From IMG/VR virus record IMGVR_UViG_2974546594_000001, positions 57,536-121,535 of that record: 64,000 nucleotides of DNA; one strand, written 5' to 3'. Position numbers and translations under genes: made by a program. Positions 47,759 to 57,830 of this stretch are shown one piece after another. Each line of letters starts with the position of its first letter. The stretch's first letter is position 1. Origin of the DNA: a virus. Lineage: Duplodnaviria > Heunggongvirae > Uroviricota > Caudoviricetes > Ackermannviridae. The notes beneath the pieces are model-generated. The model was given only the letters and a program-made list of their open reading frames with translations. It did no database searches and was not told the DNA's origin.

Positions 47759-48822
47759 TGAAATTCTTGGACGAACAATACATCAATTTTCTCGCCCCCC
47801 GACTTGATAAATTCAGTTGGGAACGTGTTGGCGCTGTCGCCAAATTTCGTTGCCCATTATGTGGGGATTCTAAGAAGAGTGCCAACAAGCGTCGTGGTCA
47901 CTTCTTTTATGATCGTGATGACGATGTGTTTCGTTTCAAGTGCCACAACTGTAATGAAATGAGCGGTTGGGCGTTTGAATTCTGGTTGAAGAAGTTTGAC
48001 GAGCGTCTGTATAATGAATACAACCTTGAAAAATTCAGGATCATGGGGGATACCAGTTCCCGCCCGTTACAAAAACTCAAACCACTACAGCGCCTGACCC
48101 AGACAGCGCGTATCGGTTCTCAGGTCGCCAAACGGGATGAAGAGCACCTTGGGAATATGATACGCCTTGATCTTCTTGACCGTGATCATATCGCCCGTCG
48201 TTACGTTGAAGGCAGGGGAATGCCGGAGAGCACGTTATCTTTGTTGTATTACAGCAGGAATTTTCGTCAAGATCTTCTGAGTTTCGAAACGGATGTTGAG
48301 AAGCAAAAGAAGATACCCGAAGATGAGCGGCTGGTAATCCCATTCTGGACCCAAGACGGGCGCATGAAGATAGTTCAGGGGCGCGCATTCGGCGATAACC
48401 TTCCTGATGGGGTATTACGGTATGCCACTGTCAAGCCTAAGAACGAAGATACTAAGATCTACGGGGAAGAGCGCATCATTTGGAACAAAACAAAGTTGGT
48501 AGTAGAAGGTCCAATTGATAGCTTGTTTCTACCCAATTGTCTTGCGACTGCCGATGCCGACTTATTAAGTGCTAAGGGAGACATCTATATCCCCGATAAC
48601 CAATACAGGAACAAACAAGTTTGTGACGGTATACAGAAGATGATAGACAGCGGAGTCAAAGTCGTTCTGTTTCCACCGGAAATACCGTGGAAGGATATCA
48701 ATGATATGGTTCGCCCCGACAAGGGAAATATCCCGATACGGGATCTGCTTCAGATCATAGCCAAGAACGTATATCAGGGACTGTCGGCGTCCTTACGATT
48801 TTCTGACTTGAGGAAGATATGA
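47758..48822 (+). CDS. 61: DNA primase gp61
   Basis: N-terminal zinc ribbon FRCPLCGDSK...CHNCN as in T4 gp61 (RCPVCGDSK...CYNCN). TOPRIM-like core. Confidence 0.85.
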   Translation: MKFLDEQYINFLAPRLDKFSWERVGAVAKFRCPLCGDSKKSANKRRGHFFYDRDDDVFRFKCHNCNEMSGWAFEFWLKKFDERLYNEYNLEKFRIMGDTSSRPLQKLKPLQRLTQTARIGSQVAKRDEEHLGNMIRLDLLDRDHIARRYVEGRGMPESTLSLLYYSRNFRQDLLSFETDVEKQKKIPEDERLVIPFWTQDGRMKIVQGRAFGDNLPDGVLRYATVKPKNEDTKIYGEERIIWNKTKLVVEGPIDSLFLPNCLATADADLLSAKGDIYIPDNQYRNKQVCDGIQKMIDSGVKVVLFPPEIPWKDINDMVRPDKGNIPIRDLLQIIAKNVYQGLSASLRFSDLRKI

Positions 48823-49028
48823 TGGATTTGAAAGAACTGAATAGTATGGACGATGAAGAGATTCTTCGCGGGTATATGCAAGCCCGTGAAGGATATGTCC
48901 TATCTGGTTTAGAATCTAAGAGTTTCATCCATGGTTGGAGGAACGGAATGGTGGACTTCGGCGGTTGTCCTATCACTGAAGAACAAATGAATTTGGCTCG
49001 CCAGTATTTGAAAAAGAAGCCGACCTAA
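48819..49028 (+). CDS. hypothetical protein (69 aa)
   Basis: Overlapping start. Confidence 0.45.
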   Translation: MMDLKELNSMDDEEILRGYMQAREGYVLSGLESKSFIHGWRNGMVDFGGCPITEEQMNLARQYLKKKPT

Positions 49029-49056
49029 AACTTTTTAACTCAAAAACCTTCTCTCT

Positions 49057-49081
49057 AGGCCTCATTCTACGAGGCCTTTTA
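49057..49081 (+). terminator. rho-independent terminator
   Basis: AGGCCTC-ATTCTAC-GAGGCCT + TTTT. Confidence 0.8.
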
Positions 49082-49120
49082 AAATACTTCAAAAATAATT
49101 TAAAAATTTATTGAAAAAGA

Positions 49121-49150
49121 CTTTACTCTTCAATAATCATGCACTATTAT
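49121..49150 (+). promoter_or_regulatory. early promoter (-35 CTTTAC, spacer TCTTCAATAATCATGCAC, -10 TATTAT)
   Basis: Same module as 6877 and 43195. Confidence 0.55.
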
Positions 49151-49227
49151 AGTTCACATAGGGCGGTACACAACACCCCGCCGAATGAAAAGTGAAACGA
49201 CCCAACTACATTATGAGGAATTACATC

Positions 49228-49716
49228 ATGGCTACTACCAAAACTCTGATCACCAACGGCACCATCTCTTTTGAACTGAACACCGAAGTTGCAAAAGTTG
49301 AAATGTTCCGCATCGCTCAGGCAGCTGGCTTCACTGGTGGCAAAACTTCCTTCATGAATCTGCTGAACGGCAAAGTGAAAGCGACCAACGGCTTCACCCT
49401 GGTAGAGCAGGTTGTCGTAGACAAAGCCGTGGTTGCCAAGACTGCTGACAAGGTTGGCATGCTGAAAGACCTGGGCCATGACATCCACGTTGTCGAAGCG
49501 AACACCGAAACTTACGGCACCATCGTAGTCGGTAAAGGTCGCATTCAGCTGAACCCGCTGAACAACGGAACCTTCTCCGTGATGGTATTCCCGAAAAAGG
49601 GTTATGACAACAGCGATATCGTGAAAGCCGCTGGCGGTGAAGCGAAATCCCAGTATGTCAAAATGGGTAAACTGAGCGCCGACGCAGTAGAAACTCTGGT
49701 GAACAAACTGGCTTAA
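49228..49716 (+). CDS. hypothetical, probably abundant protein (162 aa)
   Basis: Tandem duplicated initiation region CTACATTATGAGGAATTACATCATG. Very biased codon usage. Terminator follows. Confidence 0.6.
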   Translation: MATTKTLITNGTISFELNTEVAKVEMFRIAQAAGFTGGKTSFMNLLNGKVKATNGFTLVEQVVVDKAVVAKTADKVGMLKDLGHDIHVVEANTETYGTIVVGKGRIQLNPLNNGTFSVMVFPKKGYDNSDIVKAAGGEAKSQYVKMGKLSADAVETLVNKLA

Positions 49717-49720
49717 CCGC

Positions 49721-49750
49721 AAGGGGGAAACCTCCCCCTTTCAAAGTTTT
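49721..49750 (+). terminator. probable terminator
   Basis: AAGGGGGA-AACC-TCCCCCTT, then TCAAAGTTTT (interrupted T-run). Confidence 0.5.
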
Positions 49751-49766
49751 GGTAGGAGAATGAGAC

Positions 49767-49955
49767 ATGAGTAGAGCAATTATCCAAGCCTCTCCTGGCG
49801 CTCTATGGGTTGCCGACCGAATTCCCAACGCGCACTTTCCTCAGTTCCAAGAGGAACTGGAACAAGCGATGTTGAAAATATTTGAAAAATATGGGTATGA
49901 TTCCGAAGTTAGGACTTCCTTCAAAGAAATCATGCCTATCGTCGTAGTCAGATAA
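49767..49955 (+). CDS. hypothetical protein (62 aa)
   Basis: SD AGGAGA. Confidence 0.5.
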   Translation: MSRAIIQASPGALWVADRIPNAHFPQFQEELEQAMLKIFEKYGYDSEVRTSFKEIMPIVVVR

Positions 49956-50024
49956 TCGACACTAAATCCTCAAGTTCGACTTTCACTTTAAATACCTTCG
50001 CATACATTGCGGAGGTATTTTCTT

Positions 50025-50819
50025 ATGGCCATTCTAAAACTTGGCAACCGAGGTTCTGAAGTCAAAGCACTTCAACAAAGCCTCAACAAAATCGGTTTCT
50101 CTCTTACAGCCGATGGCATATTTGGTAAGGCAACAGAGAATGCCGTCAAATCCGTTCAGGCAGGTGCTGGATTGGTTATTGATGGTATTGCTGGGCCAAA
50201 GACCTTCTATGCTATCCGCAACGCTGGAGACGCTCACCAGGAACATCTGACCGAAGCGGACTTGGTTGACGCAGCACGTGAACTTGGTGTTGAGCTGGCC
50301 AGTATGAAAGCGGTGAACCAGGTAGAATCCCGTGGCACGGGTTTTACCAAAACTGGCAAGATCAAAACTCTGTTTGAGCGCCACATCATGTACAAAAAGG
50401 TGACGGCCAAATTCGGGCAAGCAAGAGCCAATGCTCTGTACCAACTCTACCCAACATTGGTTAACCCCAATTCTGGCGGGTATATCGGCGGAGACGCGGA
50501 GTTGGAACGCCTTCAGGGTGCAATCGTCCTTGACGAGGACTGCGCTTACGAGAGTGCTTCCTACGGCCTATTCCAGATCATGGGGTTCAACTGCCAAATC
50601 TGTGGCTATTCAAATGCCAAAGAGATGTTCACTGATTTCCTGACTGGTGAACGCGCTCATCTTCTGGCATTTGTGAAATTCATCAAAGCTGACGCCAATA
50701 TGTGGAAAGCCCTGAAGAATAAGAATTGGGCCGAGTTTGCTCGTCGGTACAATGGTCCGGCATATGCGAAAAACCAGTATGATACTAAACTGGCGGCAGC
50801 ATACAAGAGTTTCTGCTAA
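50025..50819 (+). CDS. endolysin: N-terminal peptidoglycan-binding domain + N-acetylmuramidase-like catalytic domain
   Basis: PG_binding_1-like LGNRGSEVKALQQSLNKIGF...DGIFGKATENAVKSVQ. ELASMKAVNQVESRGTGF is muramidase-family-like. Confidence 0.7.
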   Translation: MAILKLGNRGSEVKALQQSLNKIGFSLTADGIFGKATENAVKSVQAGAGLVIDGIAGPKTFYAIRNAGDAHQEHLTEADLVDAARELGVELASMKAVNQVESRGTGFTKTGKIKTLFERHIMYKKVTAKFGQARANALYQLYPTLVNPNSGGYIGGDAELERLQGAIVLDEDCAYESASYGLFQIMGFNCQICGYSNAKEMFTDFLTGERAHLLAFVKFIKADANMWKALKNKNWAEFARRYNGPAYAKNQYDTKLAAAYKSFC

Positions 50820-50825
50820 TTCTCA

Positions 50826-50849
50826 AGGCCGGAAACGGCCTTTTTCTTT
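50826..50849 (+). terminator. rho-independent terminator
   Basis: AGGCCG-GAAA-CGGCCT + TTTTCTTT. Confidence 0.85.
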
Positions 50850-50926
50850 ATCTGATATACAGGTATGCTGGGCGTGTCGCTTAATTAAAGGTGTCGACAA
50901 CCCCTGTAGATATAGGAAGGTTCAAC

Positions 50927-51766
50927 ATGCAATCTGCGTCTAAAGTTGTATCCATGAAGCCAGCGAAGACAAAATCTGCTCGTAAGAAAGACACCATCCA
51001 GAAGGAAGAAGACTGGATGAAGTTTTCCAAAGGCGATTTCAAAATTGCTCCGTTCAATGGCCTCTCAGAAAATCAGAACCTCGCATATCAATCCGCACTC
51101 AATGAACATCTCACTATCGCTATCGGTCCGGCAGGTACAGGCAAATCCTATTGTGGTGCATCTGCTGCAGCAAAACATCTGATTGACAAAACCATCAACA
51201 AGATTATCATCACGCGTTCTCCCCTTCCAACTGGCACCACAGCAGGGTTCCGGCCTGGTGACACATATGAAAAGCTGATGCCTTATTTGATGCCGCTCAT
51301 ACAGACATTCAAAAAGGTTCTCAAAACAGATACGGGTTCCGACGGTTTCTTCAACTATCTGTGGGAGAAACGCATCATAGAAATTCAAGACCTTGAAACT
51401 GTAAAGGGGATGACTTTCGATGATTGTTTCCTGATTATCGAAGAAGCGCAGGAATGCGATATGGAGCAGCTGAAAAACTTGTTGACTCGTGCTTCAGATT
51501 CTTCGTACATCTTCGTGAATGGAGATATCAAACAGTCTAACAAGCGATTGCGTGATAGTGCGTTACAGACGTATGTGGATTCCTTTAAAGACTTCAACAA
51601 TAAGCTGGAAACAGGTTCCTTGCAAATTGACGGTGTAGAAATCGGAGATGAATATCCAGAGTGGGTTCAACCATTCAGCATCATCGAATTCGATAAGTCT
51701 GATCGTAATGGTCGCGGCAACTTCACCCGCCTGATGTTAGAAATTAACGACCTGTACAACATTTAA
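50927..51766 (+). CDS. phoH: PhoH-like ATPase
   Basis: Walker A GPAGTGKSY. PhoH-family layout. Confidence 0.8.
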   Translation: MQSASKVVSMKPAKTKSARKKDTIQKEEDWMKFSKGDFKIAPFNGLSENQNLAYQSALNEHLTIAIGPAGTGKSYCGASAAAKHLIDKTINKIIITRSPLPTGTTAGFRPGDTYEKLMPYLMPLIQTFKKVLKTDTGSDGFFNYLWEKRIIEIQDLETVKGMTFDDCFLIIEEAQECDMEQLKNLLTRASDSSYIFVNGDIKQSNKRLRDSALQTYVDSFKDFNNKLETGSLQIDGVEIGDEYPEWVQPFSIIEFDKSDRNGRGNFTRLMLEINDLYNI

Positions 51767-51830
51767 ATACCACACGAACTTCCCCGTCGCCTTCAATCCA
51801 TGGAGGCGACGTATAATATAAGAGATACGC

Positions 51831-52484
51831 ATGAATTACCAATTTATTTACGACTCATTGATTTTGAAAGCAAAATTAAGAGTCTTAGATGGTTATTCAG
51901 AAACACACCACGTTATTCCTAAATGTATGGGAGGAAGCGATGAAAGACATAATTTAGTTGAGTTAACTCCGGAAGAACATTTCGTTGCTCATCAGTTGTT
52001 GGTAAAAATATTTCCACATAATCATAAATTGGCATTTGCGGCAAACGCAATGTGCTTAAACAATGGGAAAGTGGGCAGAACCACAAATAATAAATTATTT
52101 GGTTGGCTACGAAGAAAGTTGTCTGATTCCAACAAACAAATGTATAAAGACAACCCACATCTCAGAGAATTGAGGTCCATTATGATGAAGAGGACTCATC
52201 AAAATAATCCTCAACTTCGTAAAGCGCAATCTGAAAGACTTAAAAAGAAAGGAATATTTGTAATACAACCACCATGGAAGAGTAATTGTGCTACCCAGGA
52301 ATCATTAATGATATGGAAGAATGCAGACAAATATTATGATTGGTGGAAAGTGAACAAGAAAGGATATACCGTAATGGCTAAGGCATTCGGTTTTAAAGGA
52401 AAAACAACTCCACATGAAAATATGATTAAAAAATTAAATCCGGTTGGATCCCAAGAGAAGATCAAGAATGGATTGATTTTGTAA
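51831..52484 (+). CDS. HNH homing endonuclease, free-standing, upstream of nrdA
   Basis: ETHHVIPKCMGGSDERHNLVELTPEEHFVAH is an HNH motif. Markedly AT-rich versus its neighbours. Confidence 0.75.
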   Translation: MNYQFIYDSLILKAKLRVLDGYSETHHVIPKCMGGSDERHNLVELTPEEHFVAHQLLVKIFPHNHKLAFAANAMCLNNGKVGRTTNNKLFGWLRRKLSDSNKQMYKDNPHLRELRSIMMKRTHQNNPQLRKAQSERLKKKGIFVIQPPWKSNCATQESLMIWKNADKYYDWWKVNKKGYTVMAKAFGFKGKTTPHENMIKKLNPVGSQEKIKNGLIL

Positions 52485-52545
52485 GTCAATAACCCCATAT
52501 AATATTGGGGTGTATTAATTCACCTACATCCACATAGGAATTGAA

Positions 52546-54834
52546 ATGAGTCAAATTAACATCATAAAGCGGGACGGATCTTCTGTCCCCTTTGACATTG
52601 AAAAACTCCATACCGTTATTGAACGAGCATGTGACGGCCTTGAAGGAGTATCGGTGTCTGAGGTGGAAGCTGCATCGAAGATCCAATTCACCGATAACAT
52701 GAAAACCGAACGCATTCAGGATATCATTATCCAAGCTGCGGCCACCTTAATTTCTGTTGATAAACCCAACTATCAATATGTTGCTGCCCGCCTGAAGTCG
52801 TATGACCTGCGCAAGGTTGTCTATGGTCAGTACAAGCCACCTCATTTGCTGGATATCTTTGCAAAGAACACCAAGCTGGGTGTTTATGACCGCGAATTCC
52901 TCGAACTTTACTCTAAAGAAGAATTCGAAGAACTTAACACAGTCATCAACCACAAACGCGACAAGAATTTCACTTGGGCAGCAATGGGCCAGCTGACTCA
53001 AAAATATCTTTTGCGTGATCGTTCTTCTGACAGCAAAGTGTATTATGAAACCCCTCAAGTCATGTACATGGCAATCGCTATGGCATTATTCTCAGCGTGG
53101 GATAAAGAAAGCAGACTGACAATGGTGAAGAAGTTCTATGAATACGCCAGTACAGGCAAATTCAGTCTTCCAACACCTATTATGTCCGGCGTCCGCACCC
53201 CGACCCGACAGTTCAGCTCTTGTGTATTGATCAAAACTGGTGATACATTGGACTCAATTAATGCCACTGCGAAAAGCATCGTGGATTATGTTTCCAAACG
53301 TGCTGGCATCGGATTCGATGTTGGGGCAATTCGTGGCATCGGTAGCCCTATCCGTAAAGGGGAAATGGTCCATACAGGTCTGGTTCCATTCATCAAGTAT
53401 TTGACTGGTGCCCTGAAGTCTTGCTCTCAAGGCGGTATCCGTGGTGGATCGGCAACATGCTATGTTCCCATCTGGCATTATCAATTTGATGATGTCGTTG
53501 TTCTCAAAAACAACCGTGGATTGGAAGAGAACCGTGAACGCCGTATCGACTATGGGATTCAGATTAACCGCGTCATGTTCGAGCGCCTGGTGAACAAACA
53601 GCCTCTATACCTGTTTGATCCAAAAGACAACCGCGAAATGTATGAAGCATTTTTCGCAGACGTCAATAAATTCCGCGAAATGTACGACAATATGATCAAG
53701 GCCGCCGACGCCGGATTTTGTCGTTCCAAAAAGCTGCAAGCTGAAGAAGTGTTCCAAATGCTACTAGACCAGCGTTCTGACACTGGACGGATCTACATCG
53801 CATTCGTTGATCACATGAACGAGTATAGTCCGTTCAATTTGGACACGATTTATAGCTCTAATCTGTGTTTAGAAATCGCGCTCCCGACTCGTGAGTTCCA
53901 ACAGTATGATGATGAAGATGGTCGCATTGCCCTGTGTACACTCGCATCATTTAACCTGACGGCATTTGAAGATCCAACAGAAATGGAAGATGTTGCTTTC
54001 GTTCTGGTTTCAGCTTTGGATATGTTGTTGGAATATCAGGACTACCCAGCTCGCCAAGCCCGTTTGGCCGTAGAAGAATATCGTCCTCTGGGTATCGGTA
54101 TCGTCAACGTCGCACATTTCCTGGCCAAGAATTTCACGGGTTATGGATCGCCTATCGGATTAGAACTTCTAGACAAGTGGATGGCGCATCTTCATTTCTA
54201 CTTGGTCAAAGCGTCCAACCGTCTGGCCATGCGTTTCGGATCTTGTAAGAAATCAACTATCCATGATTCCGGATTTGTAACAGCCGACCTTCAGCCTCTC
54301 CCGCTGGACATCCTACCCAATGGCAAAAAGCCTGTTGGGCAAGCCTATGGTCTTGACTGGGAAGGTCTTAAGCAGAACCTATCCGAGTATGGGATCCGTA
54401 ACGCCACGTTGTTAGCCGTAGCACCAACTGAAAGCTCCTCTCAGGTGCTGAACGCAACGAACGGTATAGAGCCACCAAAAGGTCTCATCAGCATCAAAGG
54501 CAGCAAGGACGGCGTCTATAAACAGATCGTTCCGGATGTAGAAACCCTTGGTCCTCTATATGACCTGAAATGGAATCTGGATTGTATTGAATACCTGAAG
54601 ACGGCTGCGGTCATACAACGTTGGGTAGATCAATCTATCAGCACCAACACATGGTATGACCCAGAGAAATATCCAGAAGGCAAGATCCCGCGCTCTCTTA
54701 TGATGCAGGATATTCTGTCTTTCTACATGTGGGGTGGTAAAACTCTGTATTACAACACCAACAAAGACTCCAAGGAAGACGAGGAGTTGAAACAAATTGA
54801 AGATCCGAATCACTGCGACACCTGTGTTGTCTGA
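52546..54834 (+). CDS. nrdA: ribonucleotide reductase class Ia alpha subunit NrdA
   Basis: N-terminal ATP cone. Conserved catalytic-core motifs. C-terminal CDTC redox pair. Confidence 0.9.
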   Translation: MSQINIIKRDGSSVPFDIEKLHTVIERACDGLEGVSVSEVEAASKIQFTDNMKTERIQDIIIQAAATLISVDKPNYQYVAARLKSYDLRKVVYGQYKPPHLLDIFAKNTKLGVYDREFLELYSKEEFEELNTVINHKRDKNFTWAAMGQLTQKYLLRDRSSDSKVYYETPQVMYMAIAMALFSAWDKESRLTMVKKFYEYASTGKFSLPTPIMSGVRTPTRQFSSCVLIKTGDTLDSINATAKSIVDYVSKRAGIGFDVGAIRGIGSPIRKGEMVHTGLVPFIKYLTGALKSCSQGGIRGGSATCYVPIWHYQFDDVVVLKNNRGLEENRERRIDYGIQINRVMFERLVNKQPLYLFDPKDNREMYEAFFADVNKFREMYDNMIKAADAGFCRSKKLQAEEVFQMLLDQRSDTGRIYIAFVDHMNEYSPFNLDTIYSSNLCLEIALPTREFQQYDDEDGRIALCTLASFNLTAFEDPTEMEDVAFVLVSALDMLLEYQDYPARQARLAVEEYRPLGIGIVNVAHFLAKNFTGYGSPIGLELLDKWMAHLHFYLVKASNRLAMRFGSCKKSTIHDSGFVTADLQPLPLDILPNGKKPVGQAYGLDWEGLKQNLSEYGIRNATLLAVAPTESSSQVLNATNGIEPPKGLISIKGSKDGVYKQIVPDVETLGPLYDLKWNLDCIEYLKTAAVIQRWVDQSISTNTWYDPEKYPEGKIPRSLMMQDILSFYMWGGKTLYYNTNKDSKEDEELKQIEDPNHCDTCVV

Positions 54835-54904
54835 TTAGGTCTATACAACACAAACGTTTAATATCAGGGGTGATTCGTCACCCCTTATTCATCAGGAAAG
54901 AAAC

Positions 54905-56008
54905 ATGAACGAACAAAAGCAATTTTCAGTATTTGACCCATCTTCAGATAATACAGGTTTGCCGTTCTTTGGCGACCCTGTGAGCATTCAGCGCTATGAC
55001 AAAGTCGCATGGCCTTTTGTTCAAAAATGGTATGAAAAAGGCCTCAGCCAATTCTGGCGTCCGGAAGAAGTGGATGTCACCAAAGACAAAGCGGACTTTG
55101 CCACTCTATCCGCTGCGGAACAACACATCTACTTCAGCAACCTGAAACGCCAAACCATGCTGGACTCTATTCAGGGCGCTGCTCCGTTCGAAGCGTTTGG
55201 CCCGTGGGCATCAACACCAGAAGCGCAATTTGCTATTCTGGAATGGACGCGCCAAGAAGCCATCCACTCACTATCTTACACGCATATCCTTCGTAACACA
55301 GTGAATGATCCTGGTATCGTTTTTGACCATGTTCTGGACGTTCAGGAGATCGTCGATTGCGCCGGACAGATCAGCGTATACTACGACGACATGGTGCGTT
55401 ACAGCGGGATGCGTATGGCTGGACGCGCGTTCACCCGTGAAGACATCATGAACGCCAAGCGTGCATTCTGGCGTGCTCTGTTTGCCGCCAACTCCCTCGA
55501 AGGCGTCCGTTTCTATGTTTCATTTGCGTGTTCTTGGGCATTCATGCAATTCCTCAACAAAATGGAAGGCAACGCTAAAATCATCCGTCAGATTGCTCGT
55601 GATGAGCAAGATCACCTCATCCTGACCCAGACTTTCCTGAACCGTCTGCCGCTGTTGGACCCTGATTTTGCCATTATTAGAGAAGAACTGCGCGGCGAAA
55701 TGACCCAGATGTATGTCGACGTTGTCAACCAAGAAAAAGAATGGGCGAATTATCTGTTCAAAGACGGCTCAATGCTGGGACTGAATGCAAATATCCTTCA
55801 TCAAATGGTGGACTGGTTGGCAACACACCGTATGGGAGCTATTGGCCACCCATATCCAGGACAAGCCCGTAAAGACAATCCGGTGCCATGGATAAATGAG
55901 TGGCTAGATAATAAAACAATGCAATATGCATTACAGGAAGCGGAAGCTCCTGATTATCTGACTGGTGTCCTTACTGGATCAGTCTCCGACGGTCTGAAAT
56001 TTGCCTAA
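54905..56008 (+). CDS. nrdB: ribonucleotide reductase beta subunit NrdB
   Basis: Di-iron ligand helices (EAIHS, EGVRFYVSFA, EQDHL). C-terminal acidic tail. Confidence 0.9.
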   Translation: MNEQKQFSVFDPSSDNTGLPFFGDPVSIQRYDKVAWPFVQKWYEKGLSQFWRPEEVDVTKDKADFATLSAAEQHIYFSNLKRQTMLDSIQGAAPFEAFGPWASTPEAQFAILEWTRQEAIHSLSYTHILRNTVNDPGIVFDHVLDVQEIVDCAGQISVYYDDMVRYSGMRMAGRAFTREDIMNAKRAFWRALFAANSLEGVRFYVSFACSWAFMQFLNKMEGNAKIIRQIARDEQDHLILTQTFLNRLPLLDPDFAIIREELRGEMTQMYVDVVNQEKEWANYLFKDGSMLGLNANILHQMVDWLATHRMGAIGHPYPGQARKDNPVPWINEWLDNKTMQYALQEAEAPDYLTGVLTGSVSDGLKFA

Positions 56009-56017
56009 AGGTGAGAA

Positions 56018-56242
56018 ATGATTACGATTTATTCCAAACAAGGTTGTGCGCAATGTTTACAAGCTGAAAACATCTGTCGCATTCGCGGTATTGAACACCA
56101 AATTCTGAAGCTAGACAAAGACTACAAGCTGGAAGAATTACAGAAAATCACTGGTAAGCAACGCATGTCTATGCCCGTGATTGTTCTGGCTGACCAAACC
56201 GTGACCGACGTTACTGGACTCGCCGCAAGTTTGAAACGCTGA
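56018..56242 (+). CDS. glutaredoxin (NrdC/NrdH-like) redoxin
   Basis: CAQC active-site motif near the N-terminus. 74 aa. Confidence 0.75.
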   Translation: MITIYSKQGCAQCLQAENICRIRGIEHQILKLDKDYKLEELQKITGKQRMSMPVIVLADQTVTDVTGLAASLKR

Positions 56243-56250
56243 TCTTTCAA

Positions 56251-56297
56251 AGCCCCTCATTGAGGGGCTTTACTTTTGAAACCTTTCCGCCTATACT
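56251..56297 (+). promoter_or_regulatory. PeSL-like cassette: terminator AGCCCCTCA-T-TGAGGGGCT overlapping an early promoter (-35 CTTTAC 56268, -10 TATACT 56292)
   Basis: Hairpin then TTTAC. 18-nt spacer. Confidence 0.6.
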
Positions 56298-56348
56298 TCC
56301 CAGTAATTCATTGGCAAACGCCACAAATTGAATAGCAGGAACTATATC

Positions 56349-56582
56349 ATGACCAACTCTGAAATATATCATGCTTCTATGCATTATCACGACCTACGCG
56401 CCCGTCCAGGACACGCCAAACAAAAAGCATTCTGGGTGGCAGAACTCAGATTACGCCGTGCTGTCGTTAACCACCAAATAATCATGAATCGGAAAAACGA
56501 CAAATCACCGTTGTTGGCAGATTCTTATCTTGAACTCCGCACAGCCTATGAACAAGCCAAACAGCACGTAATAGGAGCATAA
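56349..56582 (+). CDS. hypothetical protein (77 aa)
   Basis: Conserved initiation region ATTGAATAGCAGGAACTATATCATG. Confidence 0.55.
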   Translation: MTNSEIYHASMHYHDLRARPGHAKQKAFWVAELRLRRAVVNHQIIMNRKNDKSPLLADSYLELRTAYEQAKQHVIGA

Positions 56583-56583
56583 T

Positions 56584-57045
56584 ATGTCCAACAAATTACT
56601 CACCAACCCCCGCCACAACTTTGGTTATATCCAATTACCAGAAGTGATAGACACGTTGTTTGCTGAAGACAAGGAAGAAGTTTGTTGGGCACCAGCGACT
56701 CTTATTGAACGCGAAATTTTCAAATCTGAAGTAGACGTGATGTTCCGCATCGGTTCATCCGGAGACCTCCATTATTTGGGGAAAGTGACCGAGTTAAAGA
56801 CCTGCCATGCTCAAAGATTTTTGCGCATTGACACCACTCAATGTGAAGACTTTTCATTCAGCATTCTGCGTGAATATGTTCAGGTCAACCGTCCTGTGTA
56901 TCAACACCGTCCTTATTTGACGTCGATGCATATAGACAATTATATTTCTGACATTCATTTACGTGCATCAACTATCCATGAAGAAGATTCTGGTGTCGCG
57001 GTTGATACAGTACTCAATATGATCGTCATTACTTTGGTGCCGTGA
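56584..57045 (+). CDS. hypothetical protein (153 aa)
   Basis: Coupled start (TAATATG). Confidence 0.5.
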   Translation: MSNKLLTNPRHNFGYIQLPEVIDTLFAEDKEEVCWAPATLIEREIFKSEVDVMFRIGSSGDLHYLGKVTELKTCHAQRFLRIDTTQCEDFSFSILREYVQVNRPVYQHRPYLTSMHIDNYISDIHLRASTIHEEDSGVAVDTVLNMIVITLVP

Positions 57046-57046
57046 T

Positions 57047-57385
57047 ATGTACAAATTCCCGATATTAGAAACAGTGTACTCTGTTCACAAAAAGGAAGGT
57101 CCATTATTTGAAAATTTGGATATTCTGTTAAAGGAAAATGTCCGTATCCCTCTGGTTCTAAAGGGAAAGCAAATAGGATATAGCCATGACTGCCAAATAA
57201 TGCGTTCTGAAGGCACCGACGTCTTACGCATCCGTCTGACATTTGTGTTGACAGGTAATCTGGACGGTATGGTGGTTAATCTGAAACCAACCACCATAGT
57301 CCACAGAACGGGTGGGAAAATATTATATCGTTTATTAACTCATTTTGAGTTGGTGACAAAATGCTCTGCCACGGACGTTCTTTAA
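57047..57385 (+). CDS. hypothetical protein (112 aa)
   Basis: Coupled start. Confidence 0.5.
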   Translation: MYKFPILETVYSVHKKEGPLFENLDILLKENVRIPLVLKGKQIGYSHDCQIMRSEGTDVLRIRLTFVLTGNLDGMVVNLKPTTIVHRTGGKILYRLLTHFELVTKCSATDVL

Positions 57386-57799
57386 TCAATTTGTCCGTTT
57401 CAACCATATGGTGTCTGTTATCGGCTCTGGGTTGTTGACCACATAGAACGTGATGGTTACGCCCAGAGAATGATAATCGTCCGACAATGATACATCAACA
57501 GATTGCAATTCAGCTCTTGGCTCAAAAAGAGCAATGGCATCTTCAACTTTGTTCTTCACGTCGACCTGTATCGTGGGATTTGTATTTTCTCCCAGCATGG
57601 TATACAACCCCGCCCCAATACTCGGATACGTCGGCCAATCACCTACCGTCGCCATCACTATATTACGCACAGATTGTAGTACAGCATAAATGCCTGTTTT
57701 CTTAGTGACATCTTTGGTGACCGGATGCATGCCAAACTTCAGGTCAATGTCCTTGTACTCTTTCATGTTAAACCCCTTTGGATATTGCCTCTCCAGCAC
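57386..57799 (-). CDS. 25: baseplate wedge protein gp25-like (GPW/gp25 family)
   Basis: Size and pattern match T4 gp25 (FEPRAELQSVDVS, TITFYVVNNPEPI vs T4 YEPRIDKLAV, EIRFSVIDNPDDI). Confidence 0.7.
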   Translation of the reverse strand: MLERQYPKGFNMKEYKDIDLKFGMHPVTKDVTKKTGIYAVLQSVRNIVMATVGDWPTYPSIGAGLYTMLGENTNPTIQVDVKNKVEDAIALFEPRAELQSVDVSLSDDYHSLGVTITFYVVNNPEPITDTIWLKRTN

Positions 57800-57830
57800 G
57801 AGAGGGCATTATCTGCCCTCACCAGTGTAA

